Below, piece by piece: positions 1-11,456 of a stretch of DNA of 64,000 nt. The notes below the pieces were generated by a model. That model ran no database searches and had not been told where the DNA came from. It saw only the letters and a list, made by a program, of their open reading frames with translations. How positions within the stretch are numbered: the stretch's first letter is position 1; each line of letters opens with the position of its first letter. The stretch lies in assembly GCA_024276015.1 (NCBI GenBank), contig JAJRXZ010000004.1:20216-84215 (forward strand). Direction: 5' to 3'. A program made the position numbers and the translations under genes. This DNA is from Spirochaetota bacterium. GTDB taxonomy: Bacteria > Spirochaetota > UBA4802 > UBA5550.

Positions 1-336
1 AAGGGAGATCTTTTTGAAACGGCAAAGATTGCCGGAATAATGGCTGCAAAAAAAAATTCCGATTTAATACCTATGTGCCATCCTTTAAATTTGACTTTTG
101 TTGATGTGGAAGTGAAAATTAACTACAAGCGGGTTGGGGTTGATATTAAATCGGAGATACATCTTGAAGGAAAAACAGGAGCTGAAATGGAAGCTCTTGC
201 AGCAGTGTCCGTTGCTGCTCTGACAGTTTATGATATGTGTAAAGCAGTGGATAAAAGTATGATTATACAGGATATAAGATTAATAAAAAAGACCGGAGGA
301 AAGTCGGATTACCGGAATAATAGTGATAAATTTTAA
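1..336 (+). CDS. moaC: Cyclic pyranopterin monophosphate synthase MoaC, C-terminal part (5' end lies outside the window)
   Basis: The ORF reads through from position 1 in frame with the ATG at 40 ([18 protein letters not shown]...). Sequence resembles the MoaC family (…LTFVDVEV…GVDIKSE…[10 protein letters not shown]…). Confidence 0.8.
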   Translation, partial: KGDLFETAKIAGIMAAKKNSDLIPMCHPLNLTFVDVEVKINYKRVGVDIKSEIHLEGKTGAEMEALAAVSVAALTVYDMCKAVDKSMIIQDIRLIKKTGGKSDYRNNSDKF

Positions 337-462
337 AATATTTAGATTTATATAAAAAGAATTGATAATAGCCCTTATTTTGCTATAATCCTTTATAATC
401 CCTTATAATCAGAAATAATCAGACTTGCAAAAAAATAAAACATATTATATTTTTATGTATTG

Positions 463-488
463 TTAGCACTCAATTAGATGAGTGCTAA
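463..488 (+). promoter_or_regulatory. CIRCE (HrcA operator) inverted repeat TTAGCACTC-N9-GAGTGCTAA upstream of groES
   Basis: Perfect 9-bp inverted repeat with a 9-nt spacer, read directly at 463-488 and ~140 nt upstream of the groES start. CIRCE/HrcA control of groESL is established knowledge. Confidence 0.9.
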
Positions 489-631
489 CAAATTAATTTG
501 AATTTTTGATCCTATTTAATCGGTATCAATTGTCTGAGTGAAATTGTAAGTCCATTTTATTAGCAAATGAAATTCTATTTTACAATAGAAGTTTAGAATA
601 TGAAATTAAAATAATATTTAGGAGGATCTAA

Positions 632-913
632 GTGGCTATTAAACCAATTGGAGACAGAATTCTTGTAGAACTAATCGAAGAAGAAGAAAAGGTTGGTTCA
701 ATTATAGTACCGGATACAGCTAAAGAAAAACCTCAAATCGCAAAGGTAATAGCTGTTGGCGAGGGCAGAAGAGACGGTAAAGAAATTATCCCGCTTACAG
801 TAAAGGAGGGGGATAAAGTTCTTTTCGGAAAATACGCAGGCACTGAGGTAAAATATCAGGGCACAGAATATCTGCTTTTATCAGAAAATGATGTCCTTGC
901 AGTAGTTGAATAG
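632..913 (+). CDS. groES: Co-chaperonin GroES (10 kDa chaperonin)
   Basis: 93 aa. GroES-like sequence ([11 protein letters not shown]…[10 protein letters not shown]…). RBS AGGAGG upstream. Followed immediately by groEL. Confidence 0.97.
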   Translation: MAIKPIGDRILVELIEEEEKVGSIIVPDTAKEKPQIAKVIAVGEGRRDGKEIIPLTVKEGDKVLFGKYAGTEVKYQGTEYLLLSENDVLAVVE

Positions 914-949
914 TTTTTAAAAAGTAATCAAAAGAATAATATTTATTAA

Positions 950-2611
<1,662 letters not shown>

Positions 2612-2670
2612 TAACCTGATGCATATAGGCATTACATCAGCAATATAGAAAATAGTTGTAACATGAAATA

Positions 2671-2706
2671 AGAGAGGCTGTCTTTCACGCAGCCTCTCTT
2701 TATTAT
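2671..2706 (+). terminator. Rho-independent terminator after groEL
   Basis: Hairpin AGAGAGGCTG-tctttcacg-CAGCCTCTCT followed by TTATT. Lies 60 nt after the groEL stop. Confidence 0.7.
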
Positions 2707-2781
2707 GAAAATTAAAGCAGTAATCCCGCCTTTTTGGAATATCTCAAATTACCCCATTTTATAGATTAATAATTAATTCCC

Positions 2782-2812
2782 TTATACCGATGATTATGAC
2801 AGGGATTTTTAC
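2782..2812 (+). repeat. Truncated copy of the conserved leader element (first arm TTATACCGAT fused to CAGGGATTTTTAC)
   Basis: Matches the 5' arm and the GGATTTT(G/A)CC segment of the full elements at 14688, 33445 and 43294. Located ~30 nt upstream of the 2844 CDS. Confidence 0.45.
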
Positions 2813-2843
2813 TGAATCTTAATATTTAAGGCATATAATAAGT

Positions 2844-3743
2844 ATGGACAGAGTAAAGGAAGAGAGCAGAAAATTGATCATACGGAATAGATTGAGGGAT
2901 CCCTACAGTTTTGAAGATATTCTGGGAATTAAGGATATAATAATTGAGAGAATAAAAGAGATCGATTTTTCGAGAGTGACCTTTATAGAACCATATTCCA
3001 TGCTTTCTCTGCTTCTTTTGGGCAGAATTTTTCTCAGAAGCCGCGGCGAGAAACTCAGAATTATCAATATACCGGTAAATATTCATCAATATCTGGCCAG
3101 AATGGATTTTCTGAAAACAGGGATGTATGATATCCCTGAGAGATTAAATGAAAGACTTTTTTTGAAAAGAAGCGCCTTCAGCTCTCGTGTAATAGAAATA
3201 ACCGAGATCCCCAATAAAGAGGTGGAAAGCATTAAAGTAATTTCGGAAATTATTGAGTTGTTCAGAAAGAGAGCCAGACATATCCTTAAGTACTGGATGT
3301 CCGATGTTATAATTGACCTCTTTGTTACTGTTATTTCGGAATTATGCCAAAATATCTTTGAGCACAGTCTGGATTCGGGATTTCTTGCAATTCAGACTTA
3401 TTCGCTTGGCCGGGAGAATATACTGAGGGTTGTAATTTCCGATTCCGGTATCGGTATTGAAAAAAGTTTTGATGAAAGATCGGATATTAAGTATGATTCG
3501 TCCGCCAAGTTAATTGAAATGGTGCTCACCACTCCGATTTCAAGTAAGCGTAAATTCGGTTACGGACTCTGTCAGGTTAACGCAATTGTGGAAAAATTAA
3601 AGGGAACAATTTTTATACGGTCAGGTAACGCTTCCGTAACCGGTTTATATCATAAGAAGACCAAAGGTTCGGCATATATGTTCTTAAAAAATAACCTGAG
3701 TTATTTTGAAGGTACTCAGATATCAATAACGCTGTCCGGATAA
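2844..3743 (+). CDS. STAS-like N-terminal domain fused to a GHKL/HATPase_c (RsbW-like serine kinase-type) ATP-binding domain
   Basis: The C-terminal half has GHKL ATPase-like motifs (ELCQNIFEHS…ISDSGIGIE…GYGL). The N-terminal ~100 aa resemble an anti-sigma-antagonist/STAS fold. Domain assignment is from memory of the families and was not searched. Confidence 0.55.
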   Translation: MDRVKEESRKLIIRNRLRDPYSFEDILGIKDIIIERIKEIDFSRVTFIEPYSMLSLLLLGRIFLRSRGEKLRIINIPVNIHQYLARMDFLKTGMYDIPERLNERLFLKRSAFSSRVIEITEIPNKEVESIKVISEIIELFRKRARHILKYWMSDVIIDLFVTVISELCQNIFEHSLDSGFLAIQTYSLGRENILRVVISDSGIGIEKSFDERSDIKYDSSAKLIEMVLTTPISSKRKFGYGLCQVNAIVEKLKGTIFIRSGNASVTGLYHKKTKGSAYMFLKNNLSYFEGTQISITLSG

Positions 3744-3755
3744 GGGCGGGGGAAG

Positions 3756-4307
3756 ATGTATATTAATATAAAGAAAATTGCAGAAGAATTAGAAATAAAC
3801 AGATCGGATCTGATCGCAAGATTAAACGGGCGTTTGATCTATCAGAAGGCTTTAAAAATTATTGAAAATATTAATAGAGGCGAAACAGTAATTCTGGATT
3901 TTCAGGGTATAAGGGTTGTGGATTCGTCTTTTATTGATGAATTTATTATCAATCTTATAAAGAGGTCTATTGACAGTTCCAAAGATTTTTATATTAAACT
4001 TAAAAATCTTTCCAAAACAATTGAAATTAATATTGACTCTGTATTGAATACATATTTTAATTATAACAATGAGAAGATCGCCGTCCTTACTGAAGAAATT
4101 TGTTTGAACAATAATTTTTTCATTGGACCTCTTAATGATATTGAAAAGGATATTATCAATTATTTAAGGGTGAACAGATCGGGAGCTTTAAGTGATCTTG
4201 AAGATTTTACAGGTTTAAACAGGGGAATCCTGAAAGAAACAATGGACTTCTTATGTAAAATTAAACTTGTAAAGAAAGATCGCAAAGATCTATTCAGCTC
4301 TCTCTAA
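3756..4307 (+). CDS. DUF4325 (STAS-like) domain protein with C-terminal winged-helix DNA-binding domain
   Basis: The N-terminal segment (ETVILDFQGIRVVDSSFIDEFI) resembles DUF4325/STAS-like domains. The C-terminal segment (…INYLRVNRSGALSDLEDFTGLNRGILKETMDFL…) looks like a wHTH. GGGGGAAG RBS. Separated from the upstream GHKL gene by 12 nt. Confidence 0.5.
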   Translation: MYINIKKIAEELEINRSDLIARLNGRLIYQKALKIIENINRGETVILDFQGIRVVDSSFIDEFIINLIKRSIDSSKDFYIKLKNLSKTIEINIDSVLNTYFNYNNEKIAVLTEEICLNNNFFIGPLNDIEKDIINYLRVNRSGALSDLEDFTGLNRGILKETMDFLCKIKLVKKDRKDLFSSL

Positions 4308-4402
4308 GTTTAAAATCTGTAGTTTTTTTCAATAAAAAGTGATCATTTCTTGATCATATTGTTAAAAGACCGGTTAAGTTTAATTATATTTGAATATTAC
4401 AA

Positions 4403-4876
4403 ATGAAAGGACTTGCAAGGAAAGTAAAATCGAAAAAAAAGGATGAATATCTCTTCGGATTGTTAGCATCTTACAAATCGAATCATACATATATAAAGAT
4501 CCTTGAGTCCGAAGAGAAGGGGCTTATTGCCCTTTTTTTAACCGATAATCCGAAGAATTGGTCCAATGTTCCTGAAGATAAATTCAGCAGTTACCGGGAA
4601 TTAAGGCGGCTGGAAATTGGCGCTGATAAATTGTCCCTGAAGTTCCTTCTTCCTGAACAGATCGTAAGGATCAGAGGCCCCTTATTAAACATAAAGATTC
4701 CCCCGGGAAAAGTCGAGATCATTAATAGCCTTAGCGAGGGCGGGTTTTATATTCTTGAAGCTCCGGTTAAATACAAACAGAAAATCTTAATTGGTGTGAA
4801 TAAAATTTTAAACTTAAGCCCCCAGAAAAAGTACGAGATTATCGAAAAGTGTTTAGCTGAGAGCCAGGAATTATAA
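4403..4876 (+). CDS. Hypothetical protein (157 aa)
   Basis: ORF in an operon-like arrangement with its neighbours. No recognisable motif. Confidence 0.4.
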   Translation: MKGLARKVKSKKKDEYLFGLLASYKSNHTYIKILESEEKGLIALFLTDNPKNWSNVPEDKFSSYRELRRLEIGADKLSLKFLLPEQIVRIRGPLLNIKIPPGKVEIINSLSEGGFYILEAPVKYKQKILIGVNKILNLSPQKKYEIIEKCLAESQEL

Positions 4877-4877
4877 A

Positions 4878-5921
4878 ATGTCAGAACAGTATAACTCTTT
4901 AAACGAAAAAACGAAATTGATTGATCTGTCCCTTAAGTATACCGGCGGAGATATGAACAAAGCCAAAGCCATGGCTTCGGGACAGTATCTTGACGTTATT
5001 GTTGTTGCCGGAAAGTTTGCAGTTGAAGAAACGGGACAGTCCGGGATGTTTTTTATCAGCGTTAATACATTTGACGAATATATTGCAAAAGTATTCACTT
5101 TGTTGAAAGATGATCCCGGTCTTTTTGACAAAGTGAGGATCTTTGACGATTGGAAATCGCTTTATAATGACGCTCTCTTTTATTCAAAGGAACCGGATAC
5201 TGTTAATTCCGATCAGTTAAGCGATCACATCCTTGACTCGAGTATCAGTACGGATATTTTTGCCGAGGTTCAGGACGAAGATCTGGCCGGTCTCATAAGA
5301 AAGATAAACAGTATGCTTCAGAATTATTTTAATGTGCCTTCGGTTCTATGTCAGATCAATCTGAATAAGACCAGCTCCCTCGCTATGGAGCTTGCAGGTA
5401 TAACCATTGATGTTCCTGAAAGAGAAGCCCCTGAAGAGGAAAAACCGGAAGAGCATATTGAAGAAATTATAACCGAAGAAGATAAAAGAATAAGAAAGAT
5501 TGAAGAAGAAGCAAATTATATTGTGAACGGGTCTATCATTGTATCTCCGGTTTCCGGGAAGTATATTAATGATATTGAAATTGGTGAAATGATCAAAGTG
5601 ATTTTACCCGGGAAAGATCCGGTAACCAGAAAACTGATTGACGTTCTCAATGCAAAGAATGAAGAAGGGGAAATTAGGCCCGTAAAAGGAAGGCTTAAGG
5701 CAAAAGTGCCTCTTGAGAAGAGCGGATATATACTTTATACGCTCATAGCAAAGGGAGTTCTTGCAAAAATAGTTGAAGAGGAGAATGTCAAGATCCAGAT
5801 TGAAGCCGGTGTTAAAGAGATACAGAAGGAGAGTAAAAGGGACAGCAGGCTTCTCTTAATGCTGGCAATCCTGATTGGCCTGGTTATTGTTGCAGGAATA
5901 ATTCTTATTAATGTACTGTAA
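4878..5921 (+). CDS. Hypothetical protein with acidic Glu/Lys-rich segment and C-terminal transmembrane anchor
   Basis: 347 aa. C-terminal hydrophobic helix (LLLMLAILIGLVIVAGIILINVL). Start lies 2 nt after the upstream stop. AGGAA RBS. Confidence 0.45.
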   Translation: MSEQYNSLNEKTKLIDLSLKYTGGDMNKAKAMASGQYLDVIVVAGKFAVEETGQSGMFFISVNTFDEYIAKVFTLLKDDPGLFDKVRIFDDWKSLYNDALFYSKEPDTVNSDQLSDHILDSSISTDIFAEVQDEDLAGLIRKINSMLQNYFNVPSVLCQINLNKTSSLAMELAGITIDVPEREAPEEEKPEEHIEEIITEEDKRIRKIEEEANYIVNGSIIVSPVSGKYINDIEIGEMIKVILPGKDPVTRKLIDVLNAKNEEGEIRPVKGRLKAKVPLEKSGYILYTLIAKGVLAKIVEEENVKIQIEAGVKEIQKESKRDSRLLLMLAILIGLVIVAGIILINVL

Positions 5922-6840
5922 CGGTAAAGTGTTTCGGTCCTGTTTAACTTCTGCATGCCTCATCATATTGCTGCAATTTGCATCCCCTCTGATGTCTCAA
6001 ATGCCGGAATGGAAATTCTACAGAGACAGAGACGGCAATACATATTATATCGACAGGAGCGGTAAGATACGCACATCTGGTAAACCCGAATTTAACTTCA
6101 AACCCGTTTCACCGCAGGGAATCGATTATTATCTTAATCATGCAGAGCAATTATTAAAGGGGCATTATAAAGTTGAAGGGTTAATACTGCTGAAATCGAT
6201 TCTTGCTCTGCCTGTCAGTAACAACAGGGTCTATAAAGCCCAGACTGAAGCTGCCAAAAGAATAAATTATATTAAAAAAAGGGAAGGCGGCAGATTCAAC
6301 GGATTGAATGAAATGGCTTCTCTGATGCTTATTAAGAATAGCGGGAACACTGTTGTCATAAACGACAATATGTTTTATTCAATAGAAATTCCCGGCACTG
6401 CGGCTATTCTGAGGTCAAGGTTCAGGAAGAGACCCTATTACAGATATCACGGCTTGCTGATAGGTATAAATTTAAAAAAGAGCTTAAGTCTTTCTTCGGG
6501 CACTGATCCGAAATTCGATCTTCTCCTTGCCGTGGACAGTGAAAGATATTCGGTATCACTGAAAAGTATAAAGAGGGTTGTGAATAACTGGCGCACAAAT
6601 CTCGGTTTTGAAAATATATCGAGAGAGGAGGTTAAAAAGGATCGGAATAGCTATATCCTCAGATTTTATAAAAAAGAGAAACCTCTTTTATCCGGTTTTG
6701 AAGGATATTTTTTTAACGGGAAATTCGGGTATATGGTCAGAGCAATTTCTTCAGGAGAAAAATTCACCAAATTTAAGGATAAAATCAGAGATATTATTTT
6801 CAGCTTTAAATTTGTTGAGTTAAAATCTCAAGAGAGATAA
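5911..6840 (+). CDS. Hypothetical secreted protein (N-terminal signal-like hydrophobic segment)
   Basis: 309 aa. Overlaps the upstream gene by 11 nt. Hydrophobic N-terminus. Confidence 0.4.
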   Translation: MYCNGKVFRSCLTSACLIILLQFASPLMSQMPEWKFYRDRDGNTYYIDRSGKIRTSGKPEFNFKPVSPQGIDYYLNHAEQLLKGHYKVEGLILLKSILALPVSNNRVYKAQTEAAKRINYIKKREGGRFNGLNEMASLMLIKNSGNTVVINDNMFYSIEIPGTAAILRSRFRKRPYYRYHGLLIGINLKKSLSLSSGTDPKFDLLLAVDSERYSVSLKSIKRVVNNWRTNLGFENISREEVKKDRNSYILRFYKKEKPLLSGFEGYFFNGKFGYMVRAISSGEKFTKFKDKIRDIIFSFKFVELKSQER

Positions 6841-6865
6841 TATGAGATGCGTATAGATTGTTAAA

Positions 6866-7336
6866 TTAATCGAAAAATTTTCCATCATACATCAGAGCGG
6901 TCTCTTTGCAGTTGTCTTTATTTTTACATTTACTGCAGTCTTTCCATATTTTTTCAGGCAGAGAATCTTTTGGGACTTCCAGAAAACCGTTCTTTTTAAA
7001 AAAGTCCGGAATATATGTCAGTGTGAAGATTTTTGAATTTTCAAGACCGGAAATTTTTTTTATTAATGCTTCCAGAAGCAATGACCCGATCCCGTTTCTC
7101 AATTCGCTTTTTATAACGCTCAGCGACCTGATCTCTTTTAAATTAGGCCCGTAATCATAAAATGATATAACCCCGATGGTTTGCTTGTCTCTTTTGGCAA
7201 TCAGAAATTTATCGATTGATCCGGTAATATCGTCTATACTCCTCTCCAGAATGATCTCTTCATCTGAGTAAATTTTAATTATGCTATAAATTGATAATGC
7301 GTCGCTTATGTCCGGTTCGATAATTTCTGGTTTCAT
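6866..7336 (-). CDS. GNAT family N-acetyltransferase (short N-acetylglutamate-synthase-like, C-terminal Cys cluster)
   Basis: GNAT acetyl-CoA-binding motif (RNGIGSLLL). C-terminal KIWKDCSKCKNKDNC pattern typical of short ArgA-like GNATs. Confidence 0.65.
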   Translation of the reverse strand: MKPEIIEPDISDALSIYSIIKIYSDEEIILERSIDDITGSIDKFLIAKRDKQTIGVISFYDYGPNLKEIRSLSVIKSELRNGIGSLLLEALIKKISGLENSKIFTLTYIPDFFKKNGFLEVPKDSLPEKIWKDCSKCKNKDNCKETALMYDGKFFD

Positions 7337-7458
7337 AATAAAATTATATTAAATATAGTTTATGTAATCAATACCGGGTGGGTATGATGCTGCGCCAATG
7401 GGCTGCAAAAACTCTCCTTGCAAAGGCTGTATCGTAAAAAAGTCCGGGATACGATTGT

Positions 7459-8043
7459 TTACTTCCTTTTTAAAATTTTAATATTTGATGCAAGTAGGTT
7501 TTTCGAATAGACACTGAATTTTTTTAATATTATTTCCGCTTCTTTCTGATTTTTATAGGGACCGGTAAAGATCTGGAATTGGTCTCTGTCTCTTGATAAG
7601 ATTACAGTGTGGCCTTTATTACTGAGAAAGTCTGCAATTTTTTGCGATTTATTGCTGCTGAATCCATTGCCGATCTTTATTACAAAGGGGTATTCTTCTT
7701 TCGGAAAAGAGGCGCTCTTGAATTTTTCAACATTTTTATTTCTGTTGAATATATTTGTTACTTTTGATCTTATTCCGGAAACAGCTTTAAATGTTTTTTC
7801 ATCAACAATTTTCCTGTTTGATCCTCCGGCAAATTTTATTCCTATAACAATTCCGGTTGTAAAAGATATTATGCAGAGTGCTGCAATAACAAAAATTACT
7901 CTGCTTGCATGTTTCTTCTTTCTTGCTTCTTCTTTATAATGAAATTTTGACATTCTTGAGAAATATTCGGGGTCATTTCTATTAATCTGGTGAGGATTCT
8001 CCCTTATGTTTTTCCCATTATAAAAATCAATATTTTGCATCAT
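7459..8043 (-). CDS. SPOR domain-containing membrane protein
   Basis: N-terminal TM helix. C-terminal SPOR-like repeat (…FVIKIGNGFSS…FQIFTGPYKNQKEAEIILKK…). Confidence 0.6.
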   Translation of the reverse strand: MMQNIDFYNGKNIRENPHQINRNDPEYFSRMSKFHYKEEARKKKHASRVIFVIAALCIISFTTGIVIGIKFAGGSNRKIVDEKTFKAVSGIRSKVTNIFNRNKNVEKFKSASFPKEEYPFVIKIGNGFSSNKSQKIADFLSNKGHTVILSRDRDQFQIFTGPYKNQKEAEIILKKFSVYSKNLLASNIKILKRK

Positions 8044-8463
8044 ATTGCCCCTGTCCCAGTCAGATTTTGCAGTTAAAATTTATTAATATATAATTAACCC
8101 GGTAATAATTTATTTTTCGACAGGAAAGTTTTAAATCATAAGAAAAAAGTGAATTTATGATTATAATGATACATGAGGGCTGGCGGGAACCTCCTTTCTC
8201 TTTCCAGACAGTAAATCCTCTGCAAAAAGAAGCGAAAAGCCGAGGCCGATTTTTTAACATCCATGTCAAAATCGGCATTACCGGCATTCTGCCGGTAAGA
8301 CTGTTTGAGCCTGAAATGAAGAGCAAGTTCTGCGCCGAACAGGATGTTCAAGTGCCGCGGTGTGCACGGATGCACATGAACTGCGGCCAGGCTTTTGAGC
8401 TTTTTTGCAGAGGAAATCGGGATAAATCCTATCTTCGGAGGCAAATTTTCTCCTCTGATGAAT

Positions 8464-9627
8464 CTAAATAACACGTACCATAATAATATCGTTTATCTGT
8501 TTCAGCTCATTTACCGTGTCCTCGTCAATATCTCCGTCAATATCAATAATATTGTATGCATAATTGTCTTTGCTTTTATTGAGCAGATAGGCAATATTAA
8601 TATTATGTCCGGCAAGAACATTTGAGATCTGTCCGATCATATTGGGAACATTTTTATTTGCAATTGTTATTCTTTTCATCCCGGAGTAGGGAAGAACGCA
8701 GTCAGGAAAGTTTACGGAATTTGAGATATTTCCATGTTCCAGGTAATCCATGATCTCCATAACAGCCATTTTTGCGCAATTCTCTTCGGATTCCGGTGTT
8801 GATGCTCCGAGATGGGGTATGGGGATAACATTATCGATGTTGAGAAGCTCCTCTTCAGGGAAATCCGTAACATACATGGCAACTTTTTCTTCATTTATTG
8901 CAGCAATGAGATCCTTGTTGTTTACCAGTCCCCCCCTTGCAAAATTGAGTATGCGTATCCCCTTTTTCATAATATTAAATTTGTTCTTATTGATTATGCC
9001 TTTGGTCTCGTCATTAAGGGGGATATGCAGGCTGATATAGTCCGATTCGGCAAGGATACTATCAAGACTGATAGCTTTTTTTATTGCTCTTGAAAGACCC
9101 CATGCTGATTCAACGGAAATAAAGGGGTCAAATCCGGCAACATCCATGCCCAGTGCATGGGCATCGTTTGCTACCATTACGCCAATGGCGCCAAGGCCCA
9201 CAACGCCCAGTTTTTTGCCTTTAATTTCCGGACCTTTGAAATTTGCTTTATTGCTCTCAATTAGTTTGGGGATTGTATCACCCTGTCCTGCAAGGGATTT
9301 AGCCCATGTAATTCCTCTGAATATCTTTCTTGATGATATTAAAAGTCCCAGCAAAACAAGTTCCTTAACGGCATTGGCATTTGCGCCTGGAGTATTAAAC
9401 ACAACAATTCCCTTTTCAGAGCAGGCTTCGACAGGAATATTGTTAACCCCTGCGCCTGCTCTTGCAATTGCTTTCAATGAATGGGGCAGTTCCATATTGT
9501 GCATATCTGTGCTTCTGACAATTATAGCATCCGGATTAATTATCTCAGTTGCATATTCATATTTCTCAGTTGGAAATAATTTCAATCCTTCCGATGATAT
9601 TTTATTTAATTTCTGAATTTTATACAT
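8464..9627 (-). CDS. serA: D-3-phosphoglycerate dehydrogenase with C-terminal ACT domain
   Basis: NAD-binding motif of 2-hydroxyacid dehydrogenases (GVVGLGAIGVMVA). ACT-like C-terminus. Lies downstream of serC. Confidence 0.9.
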   Translation of the reverse strand: MYKIQKLNKISSEGLKLFPTEKYEYATEIINPDAIIVRSTDMHNMELPHSLKAIARAGAGVNNIPVEACSEKGIVVFNTPGANANAVKELVLLGLLISSRKIFRGITWAKSLAGQGDTIPKLIESNKANFKGPEIKGKKLGVVGLGAIGVMVANDAHALGMDVAGFDPFISVESAWGLSRAIKKAISLDSILAESDYISLHIPLNDETKGIINKNKFNIMKKGIRILNFARGGLVNNKDLIAAINEEKVAMYVTDFPEEELLNIDNVIPIPHLGASTPESEENCAKMAVMEIMDYLEHGNISNSVNFPDCVLPYSGMKRITIANKNVPNMIGQISNVLAGHNINIAYLLNKSKDNYAYNIIDIDGDIDEDTVNELKQINDIIMVRVI

Positions 9628-9638
9628 TCTTAAGCTAC

Positions 9639-10721
9639 TTAGCTGTTCTCTTTTTCAAAGGTTTTCATAAATTCAATAAGTTTTTGTACGCCTTCAACAG
9701 GCATTGCATTATATATACTGGCTCTCATACCTCCTACGGATCTGTGGCCTTTCAATGTAACTAACCCTTCCTGAGCGGCCTCTTTAATAAATTTTGCGTC
9801 AAGTTCGTCAGAACCTGTAATAAATGGTATGTTCATGAGAGACCTGTATTTTTTCTCAACAGTTGATTTGAACATTTTTGAATTGTCGAGGTGATCGTAT
9901 AAAAGTTCCGCTTTGTACGAATTGATTTTTTCAATTTCAGCGAGCCCTCCCTTTTTCTTTATCATTTCAAAGACAAGTTTCGCAATATATATGCAATATG
10001 TGGGGGGGGTATTGAACATTGAGTTATTGTCAGCGTGAGTCTTGTAATTAAACATAGTGGGAGTTATATCCATGGCATTCCCGATCAGGTCATCCCTGAT
10101 TATTACAATAGTTAGACCGGCAGGCCCTATATTTTTTTGAGCGCCTGCAAAAATAATTCCGAATCTATTTAGATCAACAGGTTCCGAAAGAATATTTGAC
10201 GACATATCTGCAACAAGGGGTACGTCTCCGGTATGGGGCAGTTCTCTGTAGCGTGTGCCGTATATTGTATTATTTGTGCAAATGTAAAAATAATCCGCTT
10301 CAGAGTCAAATTTGCTTTTATCAAGTTCGGGTATGTATGAAAAGTTTCTGTCTTCAGATGATGCAACAATATTGACCCTGCCGTAGCGTTTTGCTTCGGA
10401 GATGGCTTTTTTTGTCCAGTTTCCGGTATGTATCAGGTCGCACTTTTTGCTTTTATTAAAGAGATTCATGGGAACCATTGCAAACTGGCTTGACGCTCCT
10501 CCCTGAAGAAAGAGGACTTTATAATTTTCAGGGATGTTCATGATCTCCCTGAGCAGCGATTCGGTTTCATTGAATATTTCAATGAATTCGGCGGATCTGT
10601 GACTCATCTCCATCACCGACATTCCCGTATCCCTGTACTCCGGTAATTCCTCTGCGGCTTTTTTCAGAACTTCTTCCGGTAGAGCTGCGGGCCCCGCGGA
10701 AAAATTGTAAACCCTTGACAT
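9639..10721 (-). CDS. serC: Phosphoserine aminotransferase
   Basis: MSRVYNFSAGPAALPEEVL… is the canonical SerC N-terminus. 360 aa. Confidence 0.95.
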   Translation of the reverse strand: MSRVYNFSAGPAALPEEVLKKAAEELPEYRDTGMSVMEMSHRSAEFIEIFNETESLLREIMNIPENYKVLFLQGGASSQFAMVPMNLFNKSKKCDLIHTGNWTKKAISEAKRYGRVNIVASSEDRNFSYIPELDKSKFDSEADYFYICTNNTIYGTRYRELPHTGDVPLVADMSSNILSEPVDLNRFGIIFAGAQKNIGPAGLTIVIIRDDLIGNAMDITPTMFNYKTHADNNSMFNTPPTYCIYIAKLVFEMIKKKGGLAEIEKINSYKAELLYDHLDNSKMFKSTVEKKYRSLMNIPFITGSDELDAKFIKEAAQEGLVTLKGHRSVGGMRASIYNAMPVEGVQKLIEFMKTFEKENS

Positions 10722-10764
10722 GTTAAACTCCTTAGTAGTTAATTATTATTTTATGCAAAATCTA

Positions 10765-11448
10765 TCATAGATCATTATGATTTTTAATTGATGTATTTGC
10801 TGCGAACATTGCCGAGAGGAATCGAAATTCGCCGGCAATATCGAAATTCGTTATAAAAACATCCTTCACTCTGTTACTCAGAACAATCGGTGAAAAATTT
10901 ACAATCCCTTTTATGCCATAGTTGATAAGATTGTCTGCCATTTTTTTTGCGGATCGGCCCGGTACCGTAAGAACAGCCAGTTCGATTTTTTCTCTCTTGA
11001 TAATTTCAGGCAATTCATATGTTGGGTATAATGGTATGTCGGTTTTAACGGTTTCCAGTCTGTTAATGCTTGAATCGAATCCTGCAACTATTTTGAAATT
11101 CTGAGTAAGCAGATCTTTATAATTCAGCAGAGTTGTTCCCAGTTTACCGATTCCCACAATGCATGCATTTCTTACAACATCGAATCCGAAGGCGGAATTA
11201 ATATGGTTTTTAAGCTCTTTTATATCATAACCTGCTCCGATCCCTCCCCCTTTTTTGAGATATGATATATCCTTGCGGATACTATGGGAAGGGACGCCGA
11301 TCCTTCTGCCTATCTCTTTTGAAGAGATTGAGATATCGCCGGTTTTTTCTATCTCATCCAGAAGGCTGTATATTTTGCACAACCTTCTGACAGAAGGCGG
11401 CGGGATTTTTTTCAATTTTTTATTTCCGGATAAATGGATTTTCATCAT
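10765..11448 (-). CDS. rex: Redox-sensing transcriptional repressor Rex
   Basis: …KIPPPSVRRL..Y..L… is a Rex-like HTH. Rossmann fold (IVGIGKLGTTLL). The start is most likely the ATG at 11448 (MMKIHL…); the ORF-track GTG at 11472 lies inside the Rex box. Confidence 0.88.
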   Translation of the reverse strand: MMKIHLSGNKKLKKIPPPSVRRLCKIYSLLDEIEKTGDISISSKEIGRRIGVPSHSIRKDISYLKKGGGIGAGYDIKELKNHINSAFGFDVVRNACIVGIGKLGTTLLNYKDLLTQNFKIVAGFDSSINRLETVKTDIPLYPTYELPEIIKREKIELAVLTVPGRSAKKMADNLINYGIKGIVNFSPIVLSNRVKDVFITNFDIAGEFRFLSAMFAANTSIKNHNDL

Positions 11449-11456
11449 AGGTACAA

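Noticed and set aside
7337-7458. AAAAAGTCCGGGAT segment resembling the RNase P RNA GAAAGUCCGGGCU box
   Set aside because: The intergenic region is only ~120 nt. The other RNase P conserved blocks (GGUAAGAGCGCACC, ACAGAACCCGGCUUA) are absent.
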